A stretch of DNA of 63,902 nucleotides, filler included, from Octopus bimaculoides (Eukaryota), in assembly GCF_001194135.2 (NCBI RefSeq). It is 7 parts of 7 records of this genome, joined end to end, with 100 filler letters (N's around TTAATTAATTAA, not from the genome) between each part and the next. Parts side by side here need not be neighbours in the genome. Positions count along the whole stretch, not along the records: positions 26,355 to 56,654 come from NC_068999.1; positions 56,755 to 59,452 come from NC_068989.1; positions 59,553 to 61,747 come from NC_069004.1; 4 more parts are not named here. The stretch is one strand, 5' to 3'. Below the pieces are notes generated by a model, which searched no databases, was not told where the DNA came from, and saw only the letters and a list, made by a program, of their open reading frames with translations. Every line of letters starts with the position of its first letter. The first letter of the stretch is position 1. The position numbers were made by a program, and so were the translations under genes. This document shows positions 48,328-60,618 of this stretch, one piece after another.

Positions 48328-50531
48328 TTACAGAGTGACAATAGCCAAATTCGTGTTTGATAAGTACCAGTACACGAAACTCTCAGCTTTTGACTTACTC
48401 TCTAACTTCTGCTGATGATACATATACATACATATGTGTAAAAAATCTCATCACACAATCGAACTAATGAAAGAGCCTCTACCTGGTCGCTCGACATACT
48501 AAAAATAGCAGCCAAAGTATCCCCCTACCTAAATCACACGCCCATTGTACGTAATGTCCTAGATTATCCCTAAAAAGACAGTTTGCTGAAGGCTGGGATG
48601 TTTTTGATGATAGGTATGCTGTATCAGGGTTGATTTGAGGCTAAATAACAACAAAATTATCACTAAGATAGACCAACGATGGAGCCTGCATGTTGTTACA
48701 TGACCTGCTAGAAAAAGTAGCCAAACTTTTTTTTATATACAGAATAGAAAAACCTCTGACGCATTCTACCAGTATCCAAAGTTTCAAAGTGTTTAGTTAA
48801 AAAAAATTAATTAAAAAATCTGTAAGGTCTTTTATGTTGGCTGTTTGTTATCACAACAGATCGTTGAAGTGTGAGATATACTATATCTTTATTTACAATG
48901 TTTTCATTCGTAAGTTATAACAAATATTATTGTTTATTTAATTAAGAATTATAATGATAATCTCGTTACTTATAACTTAATTATAAGTATTTATCACTAA
49001 GCATAACTCTTAATTTAGTTTAGGCTGCGTAAATGTTATGATGTATACATGACAAGACACTGAATGTGCGTTCATTACGTGCATGTATGTTGAAGATTTA
49101 GATTATATTTTCTTGACCGTTACACATAAAAAAAATACAGTTTCATTAATATACAGAAATAAATTCAACAAGTTGAAAGAAACGAGAAGTAAACGGAATT
49201 AAGTTTCTACATTAATNNNNNNNNNNNNNNNNNNNNNNNNNNNNNNNNNNNNNNNNNNNNNNTAACTAATAAGGTTTCACGACAATTCAATATTGTCGGA
49301 TTTGAGTATTGAACATGGCATATGTATTAGCCTATACTCAAAAGGGTGAGTGTCGTGGACTTGAGTAACATCCAACGATCACTGGAGATTTTGCCGAAAA
49401 TCAGGATTTTTATAACTACTCATACACGAATCATAGAACCGTAACCCCGTGAAGGATTTCTTCAACGAAGTTAATAATTCGTATATGGGCAGTAATTTTT
49501 AACCAATGAGAAATCAATAATTTCTCATGTTCGGGCAAACGAACTTACGTTCTCTCTCCGCCTCTTATGAGTTTACTACAGTTCTATGAAACTACTCTCG
49601 TACAACACTGGATATTAGCCATGATATGTACCGAGTTCCCATAACATTTTCTATTTATTTCATATGAAAATCTGAATAAATTACGCTACTCAAGGGAATC
49701 CCAATATTTGGAATATGAATACTTGCTATCTTTTATTCTTTCAACTTTTCTTTAACTGCTTCATCATTCAGTGAAGAATATTGTTTTAACCGCAGGATAG
49801 CTCTGATTGCCTTATTCTTTTCTAGAAGTAATGAATTCCTAAGCAAACATTATAAAGTAATATAAACTTGAATTTTTTTTTTCTTGGAGATGGAAATTTC
49901 ATTTTTTTTTTGTCAGGAAGATTCGGTTGCTCTTTCTAGCAACTCAAGTGACCAGGTAAAAGCTCTCTTGTTGCCTCGTCTTGTTCCCTTCGTCACCTGT
50001 TGTTTACTCCCGAGTTGGATCTGATTGAACAGATATGATCAAAGACGTCCCAAACGTTCCATCTTTCTTCCCAGACATAATGGACTCTGCGTGTATATCA
50101 CAGGATAGAGGTTTTTCTATTCTGTATATAAAAAAGTTTGGCTACTTTTTCTAGCAGGTCATGCAACAACATACAGGCGACGTCGTTGGTCTGTCTCAGT
50201 AATAATTTTGTTGTTATTTAGCCTCAAATCAACCCTGATACAACATACCTATCATCAAAGACATTCCAGCCTTCAGCAAACTGTCTTTTTAGGGATAATC
50301 TAGGACATTACGTACAATGGGCATGTGATTTAGGTAGGGAGATACTTTGGCTGCTATTTTTAGCATGTTGAGCATGTAGAGGCTCTTTCACTGGTTCAAT
50401 TGCATAACGAGATTTTTTTACACATATATGTATATATATATCATCAGCAGAAGTTAGAGAATAAGTCAAAAGCTGAGAGTTTTGTGTATTGGCACTTATG
50501 AAACACGAATTTGGCCATTGTCACTCTGTAA
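48328..50531. repeat. Inverted duplication, arms of about 430 bp
   Basis: 48328-48757 is the diverged reverse complement of 50107-50531. Confidence 0.9.
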
Positions 50532-51029
50532 TATATATATGTATACATGTAGATAGATAGATGGACGCATTCTCATATATGTTGCTATAAAAACATCTCT
50601 GGTTATTAAAGAAGGGTTTTGTTAGGGGAGATTTTCAGTTTAAATTTTTCTGTTGTCGAAGACTCATCGTTTTGTATATGAACCCAGAAGTTGTTTGCAA
50701 ACAGTAGCAGTAATTTTCTTCAGCTGAATACACGTCATTCATTGGTTAAAATTACCAAATACGACAACTTTAACACAAAATAACTTCTAAAATACAAAAT
50801 TTTGTCAAAAACGTTAAGAGTAAACCCTGTTCTACATGACACATTCTACCAGTATCTGAAGTTTCAAAGTGTTTAGTTAAAAAAGAATTAATTAAAAAAT
50901 CTGTACGTCAAATTGAATACATCCACTGAATGGGTATTCAATTAATTATAATCTAGGTGGGATATGTAAATTTGAATTAAGGAGAAATCTATGAACTAAA
51001 AGATATGGTGATAATATTTCTTTATTGCC

Positions 51030-51200
51030 CATAAGAGGCTAAACATAGAGAGGACAAACAAGGACGGACAAAGGGATTAAGTCGTTTACATCGACCCCAG
51101 TGTGTAACTGGTACTTATTTAACCGACCCCAAAATGATGAAAAGCAAAGTCGACTTCAGCAGAATTTGAACTCAGAACGTAACAGCAGACGAAATAGCAT
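51030..51200 (-). mobile_element. tRNA-type SINE
   Basis: Reverse complement of the 45452 family. Confidence 0.75.
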
Positions 51201-51229
51201 AATATAAATTTCTTATAAACTATTTTCGA

Positions 51230-52800
51230 TTTAGATACTGGGCTGCATGAACCATTTTATAAACCGAATGAGAGCTTAAAAAACATAAACGTTGGATCAT
51301 CCACCATCTATTATTAGGGGACTAGTTAAAAATGTTTTGGCCAGAAAATCTAGATTATCTGCCAACGAATATATATTCAACACGCAGCCTATTATAATGC
51401 TACTCTGGCTACAGCCAGCTACTGTGTTAAAATCCAATATGTGGGTAGTAGTAGTAATAATAATAACAATAGTTTGAACCCAAATAGTTCAGTGAGTAGT
51501 AGTAAGAATAATTATAGTAATAACACACACTACTATGGAAATAACCTCTCTGAACACGATGCTAACCACATGTACAACGTTTAAAACCTGCATAATGGTA
51601 TCCCAAACCATAAGAATAGGACAATCAGAAGTAGGTACATGAGAACCAAGAATGGGATAGAGAAAAATAGCAACAGACAACACAGCAGCACAACTAAACA
51701 CAGAAAACCACAAAATCCCAATGCCATCCCAGACACTCAAAGAAATAAACCTAATAGGAGATACAAAAAGCATGATGTCCTGGTATGTGATCTGGAGCTC
51801 AAACATCTCATCCAGAATCAGGAAACAGTTCTTCACTGCATTCGATCATTGCTTCCCTAAAAACAGTACACACAGCTAGCTATTCAACCAGCACACTAAA
51901 ACTATTGTGAGCAAATTCATCAAATATGAAGCACCACATTCATAGAATTAACAATCGAAAACTAAGACAGCATGCAGTCAGCATCGAAAATAGGCACTCG
52001 AAAATTGACAGACACATACAACAACCTTAGAGACTGCAAATACCAACAACATAACACATCACAATGACGCGAACAATAACACTAACCAACAGAGAAAAAA
52101 AACTGCAACAACTTTACTAACCAACCAACACATGATAGCCACAACAACTGAACTGCACTAACACACCCCAAAATAATAAAAATAATAATAAGGTAACGAA
52201 TGTAAATAGAACCAACCAGACAGGTGCTGGCTGTACACAAGCAAACAAAAAACTGACAATCTATACTCATGCAGGGACCGTTCGAAATGTCTTCTTGGTA
52301 ACCAATGCAAGATCTGAAGTATGGTGTGCAAGTGCACCATAAATACTAGAGGAGGTCCCTACATATGTATTGGTGCATCAGCCGATATTTTCAAAAATAG
52401 ATATAAAAAAACCATATCTCCAGCTTTCAAAAAATCCTTAAACAGCATGCAACATCACTGGCTGATTTCGTCTGGTGACTCAAGGATGAGAAGGTAAAAT
52501 ACAGCCTAACCTGGTCAATAATTAGACATGTGAGTCCCTACAACACACTATCCCAGAAATGCCAGCTATGTTCTGAGGAATTGTTGTCGATATTGTTGGC
52601 AAAAGAGTGGATCATAAATAGATTTACTGAACAACTGCCCAAATGCATGCATACAGCTAAACACCTGTTCACACAGTACAATGCAAACTACACCTAACCG
52701 ATACAAACCATAACCCTAAAAACTTGGATTAACAACCCCACCTGAGTGAAAACCATGAACTGCAACCATCGAGAGAGAAAGAGATGAGAACGCTACATGT
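51230..52800 (+). mobile_element. Naiad-type Penelope 3' half, degenerate
   Basis: TGLHEPFYKPNE...HPPSII; SCRDRSKCLLGNQC...CIGAS...FKNRY...ATSLADFVW*LKD...WSII...CQLC..E...CMH. Confidence 0.8.
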
Positions 52801-53296
52801 ATTTAGACACTTGCATTTAGATATGTTCGTATAGGACACTTGCAGAATGCAACAGTAAGTAACTAGAGTATAGCTTTTGCAAAAAACGTAATAGGCTGAT
52901 TTACAAAAGAGACAAGAAATTTGCTTTATTGTGTTGATTATGCTCAGACAGTTATATTTAAGTATGAGTCAGTAAAATAGGCAAACTAAAAGGTACTAGA
53001 GCGTAGCCTCTAAATTAACATAATAGATGAATTATCTAAAGAGGCAAAAATATGCTTTTCTATATCTTTACACTTGTGTGCAGATATTGATGTTCAGATA
53101 TGTAACCTTACAATGCAGCTGTATATTAAAATATGCCAACAAAAAGTTACTGCTTGAAAAAGTAACAAGGTAGTAGAGACGCATAGATCTAAACAGGATG
53201 CAGGAATGTGTATGTGTGCATGTGTAGATATATCTATACATGGAAGAAAGGTATGTGTACACATGTGGGTCGAACATGCATGTGTGTGTACATATA

Positions 53297-53349
<53 letters not shown>

Positions 53350-53458
53350 ATAATAATATTAGGGACAAAATCCAAAATTACAGGTAAAAACTCAATTAAA
53401 ATCAATTCATAAGAAGTTAAAATTAAATTGAGCTTTATAGATAAAATATATATAAAAT

Positions 53459-54480
53459 ATATAGTTTTAGGGAAAATAACCAAGTTTCAAGAACTCATCG
53501 ATGAAAATCCACTATCACATATAGAAAAATTAACAATTAAAAGCACAATAAATGAGTATAATATAAAACAAAGTAAATATCATAAGATAAAGATAATAAA
53601 ATGATTACACNNNNNNNNNNNNNNNNNNNNNNNNNNNNNNNNNNNNNNNNNNNNNNNNNNNNNNNNNNNNNNNNNNNNNNNNNNNNNNNNNNNNNNNNNN
53701 NNNNNNNNNNNNNNNNNNNNNNNNNNNNNNNNNNNNNNNNNNNNNNNNNNNNNNNNNNNNNNNNNNNNNNNNNNNNNNNNNNNNNNNNNNNNNNNNNNNN
53801 NNNNNNNNNNNNNNNNNNNNNNNNNNNNNNNNNNNNNNNNNNNNNNNNNNNNNNNNNCCTTCATCCATTATAATAACATGTATATTATATACAAAAAACA
53901 GCTTACATAAATTATCATTATTTTAAATTATCATTGTTTTAAATACAATTTGAACGAAGTTTAAGTTTAAAATAATAATAAAGATAAAATTAGTACATAT
54001 TTAACCGGTGTAATAGTTAAAGCTATACTATTAAAACTAAAAACGTTTATTTAATTATCATTAAAAATCAATTGAATAATAGAAAAATACAAGAATATTT
54101 ATTTCTACAAACGTAAAAATAAAAATATGAATGAAAAAATTAGGAAAGAAAAAAATTATTAAGAATAAAAGATTAAACTTTATATATATATACAAAGTTT
54201 TAATTTTAAAAAAAAACCTTTAACGATATTATAAACAATAAAGACTAATTATTAATCAAATATTATTGATCAAAAATAATCGAAAATATATCAACACTAT
54301 TCAAACCGAAGTTCTAATATTATGTTGAAATGAAACTATAACTTGTAATCATTTTATTATATTTACTTTGTTTTATATTATACTCATTTATTGTGCTTTT
54401 AATTGTTAATTTTTCTATATGTGGTAGTGGATTTTCATCGATGAGTTCTTGAAACTTGGTTATTTTCCCTAAAACTATAT
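53459..54480 (+). mobile_element. AT-drifted Penelope 3' fragment with inverted terminal repeats
   Basis: About 140-bp inverted arms. Interior IYFYKRKNKNMNEKIRKEK resembles the Penelope endonuclease C-terminus. Confidence 0.55.
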
Positions 54481-55414
54481 ATATATATGGGCATATGCAT
54501 ATACCTGTATGGGTGTGCGCGCATGTGTGTATATATAAATATATGGATGTGTGTATGTATATGTACGTGTGAGGGTATGCATGCATGGGTGTGTGATTCA
54601 CCCTCAGTGATATAAATGTGGAGCAAATCAGATTGTGAGCTGTCCTAGTGTTGAGGTGACTTTCTGGTGAAATTGTCTCCCCAAAATAAATTATACAAAC
54701 TACGGCCACAATTGACCATATGGGCAGGTGGGCTAATGTCCCTTGTGTGAGTGTATGCGTGCAAATTTGTGTATATGCATCCCAACCTAAGCCAGCTAGA
54801 AAAATAACCTTTCGCCACCTAGACTTTTCAGCATGCATATATATCTATCTTTCCCTCCCTTTTGCTAGTACTATTCCTTTGTCTTAAACCCAATGTAATT
54901 CAATCCATCCATTCATTTCCCCTACAAATTCTTTCTTTTTTTTTTTAACAACAGTTATTTGTCTATATTTACAACTGTTTGCAATTTTTATTATGGAAAG
55001 ACGATAGTAATTGAAAATTGTAGCAATGTTTCATTCCTTACCAGTCATGACAGACTAAATTCAGAATCTTTAGTGAGACACAACTTTATGTGTGGATGTA
55101 CCTGATGAGACCCAGACTGCAATATGGATGCAACGCATGTTGAACAGTGCTCTACACACAAGGGACAGTAGGAGGATGGGTCAAAACAACTGTTGTACAA
55201 AATAAAGATTAACGTCAAATCCACCTTCTGGTTACTTAAGAAATTATTATTATTATCTCAGCTAACACCATAGAGTTCCTGATGTAGATCCAATGGAAAT
55301 ATACCTGAACTGCGGATGACACCAGGTAGCCCATTGTGCCAGTACTTTACTCAACACTTCAACACATACTCATTAGTCCAAAATATCAAATATAATATAT
55401 ATTCTTTTACTCTT

Positions 55415-55690
55415 TTATTTGTTTTTGTTTCACTCATTTGACTGTGGCCATGTTGGGGCACCACCTTCACTTGAACAAATCGACCGCAGAACATATTCTT
55501 TGTAAGCCTAGTACTTATTCTATCGGTCTCTTTTTCCAAACCGCTAAATTACAGGGATGTAGACACACCAACATCGGTTGTCAAGCGATGGTGGGTGGGG
55601 GGGACAAACACAGACACAAATTGCCACGCTGTGGGACTGAACCCGGAACCATGTAATTGGTAAGCAGGCTACTTACCACACAGCCACTCC
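55415..55690 (-). mobile_element. Full-length tRNA-type SINE
   Basis: Ends GGGACTGAACCCGGAACC...CTACTTACCACACAGCC, which is a tRNA-like head on the minus strand. Confidence 0.85.
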
Positions 55691-55728
55691 TGCACACACA
55701 TATACACACACACACACACACTAATTTT

Positions 55729-56300
55729 GTGTCACTTTAAAAGTATATGCCTCAAGCAAGACCTACTGCGGCCATCCCTAGCCAATGCTTATCATGTGCT
55801 AATGAAGAGGAATAACCCAAAAAACATGGTCTGCAGGTACCGTTTACGGCTGAGTGTCAAAAATAGTTCCCTTGTTTGAGGTATAAAAGGTAGTCACATT
55901 GTTCTAATCAGGACTGTCACGTTTACGTTCGCAAATTGATTTTACTCTGTTCAACTGGTACTACTTACTTCTCGCTCAGAGATTAAAAACTGATTGTTTT
56001 CCTCTTTACAAGAACAGTAACTATGTGTCACTCTAAAAGTAAATACCTCAAGCAAGGCTTAGTGCTACCATTTCTAGCTAATGCTAATATTGTGCCAGTG
56101 AAGAGAAATAACCCAGAAATCATGGTCTTCAAGTAACATTTAATGCTGAGTGGGGATATTAGCTCCCTTGTTTGAGATATAAGGTCGCACTTGTGCATTA
56201 GCAGCCAGCTGGAAAAGATGTTTTCCAGGAGCTAAAAAAGATAGTAACAACATCCTCATCAGGACTGACACGTTACGTTCGCAAATAGATTTTACTTTGT
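55729..56300. repeat. Diverged tandem duplication, about 296-bp period
   Basis: GTGTCACT.TAAAAGTA.AT.CCTCAAGCAAG ... CAGGACTG.CACGTT.ACGTTCGCAAAT.GATTTT occurs twice. Confidence 0.8.
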
Positions 56301-56616
56301 AGTATGTCATCATCATCATCATCGTTTAATGTCCGTTTTCCATTCTGGCATGGGTTGGACGGTTTGAGATTTTAAACTATTAGCACTTGTTCATATATTT
56401 TTTACATATATTGCGCTGAAGATAGAAGAAAATCTATTTAAGATTTTTATCTTGAAATTAGCTAATTTGCAGTGAATGTGGAGTTATTTTTTTAATATCT
56501 TCTCATTAGCCCACTTTCAATTGCATTTTTTATGGAGTTTTTACAGTAGCTTCGTAATGCTTGGACATTAATTCAGTATGGAGAAGTTTTGTTTTGACTT
56601 TCTCCCTTAAAACAAT

Positions 56617-56654
<38 letters not shown>

Positions 56655-56829
56655 NNNNNNNNNNNNNNNNNNNNNNNNNNNNNNNNNNNNNNNNNNNNTT
56701 AATTAATTAANNNNNNNNNNNNNNNNNNNNNNNNNNNNNNNNNNNNNNNNNNNNATATATACACATACATATAAGAATATATATTAAAACAAAAACAATA
56801 TATACGTATTTACACATTTTGGGATGGCC

Positions 56830-58830
56830 GTTAACTACTCACGTGTTCTTCCGCCCTCATGGGCAGGTAGAAACCCATTAAGCTTAGTTGGTAACCTACC
56901 TTGGGGAAGTAAATCTACAAAATAAAACCTGAGGCCTTGGAATTTCCCGGTTCTGTTAATTCTCATGTCACACCAGCGAAAGTCTTCTTGGTCCAATAAT
57001 AGTGCTGTGCTAGCTATACTCACTGAAATTATTCATCTGCAAAGGTACTTCTTGTACACCAAATCTTAGTAAATTCATTGAATCGGTTGGCAGAAACCTA
57101 AAAATGCACTTGCAACTTACTCTGAAATGTTTCAATCAGGTTCAATAAATGGCAAAAAGGCTTGGGAACGTCAGGGGAACAGGTCTGGCTCGGAAGGTGT
57201 CCCAGTGTGTCACAGGCTGGCCTCGGTCGTCATTCTGCCACTGTGGTCAAACAATCCTCAAGAAGTTAAAATAAACATCCTTTGAATTTTGGCTGTTGGA
57301 ATGTATGTACACTTCTAGATGATAATTTCAACAAGAGGGCAGAAATGCGTACTGCACTTACTGCAAGTGAGCTTACTGCAAGTGAGCTTACTGCAATATT
57401 CCCTTGATATAGTTGCGCTCTCTGAAACTAGTCTCTCCGGTGAGGGGCAAATAAACGAACCTACTTCTGGATATACTATCCTCTGGAGAGGCCTACCTGA
57501 GAGTCAGCGAAGCGAATCCGGTGTTGGGTTTGCTCGCAAGAATTAATTAGTATCCTCCATTGCAGAATTTTCAAGTAGTATATCTGAACGAACCATATCA
57601 TGTCGTATAAAACTGACTAAAGGTAGGTTTCTTACCGTTGTCAGTATTTATGTACCAACGTCTCATCTTGATGAAACTTTAGGACAGTTTTATGATTAAT
57701 CTAGCACAGTTATTGAAGAAGTACCAGTTTCTGACAAGCTAGTCATATTGGGAGATTTCAACGCAAGAATTGGAAGTGATTACATTTCATGACCTGTTTT
57801 AGGCCGATTTGGGATTGGAAAATGTAATAAAAATGGAGTAGCTCTTTTGACGTTTTGTACTCAGAATAATCTGGTTGTTACCAACATCTGTTTAAGAGAA
57901 AAATAAATATAAAACTTCCTGGATGCACCCAAGATCTAAGCACTGGCATCTCATAGATTATATTCTGATTAGAAAACGTGATATGAAAGACGTTTCAAGC
58001 ATTCGAGCCATGAGAGGAGCAGAGAACTGGACTGACCTTCGTCTAGTGAATGCTTCGATAATGCCTAAAGTCGACAGTCTGGTCCTAAGTTACCCAAAAA
58101 GTTAAATGCTGCAAACTTCAAATTACCAAGCATAGTGCAAAGTTTCCACGATGCTTTAATGAGTATCAATCTCGATCCAAATAATTTATGGGAAGATTTC
58201 AAAACAAAAGTATTTCAGGTTGCAAGTTCTTCAGTGGGATTTAAATCGCGTGAGACCAAAGACTGGTTTTCAGACAAATCACCAGAAGTTCATGTTCTAG
58301 TTTTAGAAAAACAAAACTTAGATAATACACTTCTTTCTCACTCCTTGAACCCCAACTCAAACGAAGCTTACAGGAAGCTGAAAGGGAAATTGCAGACTGC
58401 TGTAAGGAAAATTAAACAAGAATGGTGGAATGACAGCAAAAGAGGCACAAGAAGCAGCTAATAGAAATGATGCCAAGGGTTTGTGCTCCTATGTTAAAGA
58501 GGTATATAACCCAAAATCTTCTTCAATAGCTCTAGTGAGAACATTTGCTTTTGACTGATACCGATTCTATTCATAGACGCTGCGTAGAACATGTTTCTGC
58601 ACTTTTGAATACACCATCAACCGTTGACATGAGGATGATAGAAAAAATAGAACACCTTCCAATTATAGAGGAGATGGCATTTGAATCAGCTCTAAATGAC
58701 ATTTATTTAGATGTGAACAAGCTGAATAAAGTAAGTCTCCAGGTTCTGATGGAATCTGTACATAGGTCTTAAAATATGGTGATGACAAAATGATTGAACT
58801 CTTAAATATATTAATTTGTCACTGTTGGAG
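56830..58830 (+). mobile_element. RTE (BovB-like) LINE 5' half: 5' UTR, APE and start of RT, disrupted
   Basis: DIVALSET.LSGEG...GYT..W.G...SGVGFA, LGDFNARIG, MHPRSKHWHLIDYIL, W.DHRL motifs. Confidence 0.88.
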
Positions 58831-58832
58831 AA

Positions 58833-59452
58833 TTGTTTCCACAAAAACCGTTCACCAGGAGCTGCACAAAGCCGGATTTCACGGGTGGTGGGGCTGCAAT
58901 CACAAAACTACTACTTTCAAAAACAAACGTTGCAAAGCGTTTAAAGTGGAGTAAAATGCTACAAAATCGGTCCCTAGAGCAGTGGAAGAATATTATTTTT
59001 TCGGACGAGTCATCCTTTATCTTATTTCCGAATACCGGCCGAGTATACATGTGGTGACAGCGAAAAGAAGCATTTGACACAGACTGCCTTCTTCCAACTG
59101 TTATATATGGAGGAGGATCTGTGATGATCTGGGGAGCTATATCTTGGAGATGCGCTGATCCAATGGTTCCCTTCATGGCAGAATTAATAGTCAAGACTAT
59201 TTAAGCATTTTATCTGATCAAATTCATCCTGTGGTTGCGGAACTGTTTCCGGAGGGAAACGCAATCTTTCGGGATGATTATGCACCAATTCACATGGCTA
59301 AAGTTGTTACTGAATGGCACGAGGAACATTCTAGTGAAATTGTACATCTTATTTGTTCACCACAGTCTCCAAATCACAATATTATCGAACGTTTATGATG
59401 AAAAACAAGTAAGCAGTCGATATCCTCCACCATCATCACTACAAGAACAGGA
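58833..59452 (+). mobile_element. Tc1 (DD34E-type) transposase fragment
   Basis: VSTKTVHQELHKAGF...KRLKW...WKNIIFSDESSF...GGGSVMIWG...IFRDDYAPIH...SPNHNIIE. Confidence 0.88.
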
Positions 59453-59552
59453 NNNNNNNNNNNNNNNNNNNNNNNNNNNNNNNNNNNNNNNNNNNNTTAA
59501 TTAATTAANNNNNNNNNNNNNNNNNNNNNNNNNNNNNNNNNNNNNNNNNNNN

Positions 59553-59608
<56 letters not shown>

Positions 59609-59689
59609 CGTGTTTGGGTTAAATTTGACGAATTTTATGTCTCTTCTTTTCAGGAACAGCTTGATGTATTGGTGAACATTCAATGGTGT

Positions 59690-60090
59690 AAGAGACCATA
59701 CATAAAGATTAAAGTTGTAGTTGAAAAAAAGTTAGGTGACATGGAGTGCTGGAAACCTTGTGCATGTTGGCAAAGAGTTATCTGCATCGCGATGATCAGC
59801 GCTGGTATCAAAATGCCGACATCATGACTGCTACTCAATGCTCTGTGAACACTGTAACGGCTGTAAGCTGTGACATGGATATCATGAAAATCAAATTCCC
59901 CCAAACTGTGGTGTCTTTGGATATGTCTTCAGGGAGGGGGACATGATGCCGCTCCACATTTCTGAATAGGACCTTAGGCTCAATTCAGATAGCTATGCGA
60001 AGCTGCTGGAGACTGTGTTCAGACCCTGGCTTGAGAGGGTTACTGTAGAAGACCATATGTGTGGCAGCAGGATTCGGCACCGGCGGAGTT
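59690..60090 (+). mobile_element. Internally deleted DD37D/maT transposase remnant
   Basis: MKIKFPQTV...LLETVFRPWLERV...RPYVWQQDSAP, similar to the 38448 element. Confidence 0.7.
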
Positions 60091-60349
60091 CTGGTTTAAC
60101 CCCTCATAGATTGTTTATTATGTTTTTTGAATTTTCAGAAAAAATTTGCGAATTGGCGTTCTATACGCGGGAATTCATACGATCATTAAAAAATAATTTT
60201 CTCAATTTTTTATATATACGTTTATGTATTTGTATTGCAAGGTACCTATATATATGTATATGTATATGTATATATANNNNNNNNNNNNNNNNNNNNNNNN
60301 NNNNNNNNNNNNNNNNNNNNNNNNNNNNNNNNNNNNNNNTATATATATA

Positions 60350-60530
60350 TGAAAACCGATGTTGGTGTGTTTACATTCCCGTATATTAGCGGTTCGGCAA
60401 AAGAGACCGATAGAATAAGTACCAGGCTTACAAAGAATAAGTCCTGTGGTCGATTTCTTCGACTAAAAGGCGGTGCTCTAGCATGGCCAGAGTCGAAATG
60501 ACTGAATCAAGTGAAGGAATAAAAGAAAAT
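60350..60530 (+). mobile_element. tRNA-type SINE 3' part
   Basis: Reverse complement of the 16690 family. Confidence 0.75.
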
Positions 60531-60540
60531 ATGTGTGTGC

Positions 60541-60618
<78 letters not shown>

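Larger units (their letters stand above)
44808..50924. mobile_element. Composite TIR element, same family as 13588-14265, with nested insertions
   Basis: Left 44808-44919 is about 90% reverse-complement identical to right 50813-50924. 8-bp TSD ACTGAATG at 44800-44807 and 50925-50932. Confidence 0.75.

Noticed and set aside
52290-52490. In-frame TGA codons in a Naiad GIY-YIG as possible selenocysteine
   Set aside because: They fall at non-cysteine positions (CKI*S, VW*LKD), are not shared with the other copies, and the copy has many other lesions.
57353-57400. Triplicated 15-mer (CTTACTGCAAGTGAG)
   Set aside because: Simple slippage within a dead RTE ORF.
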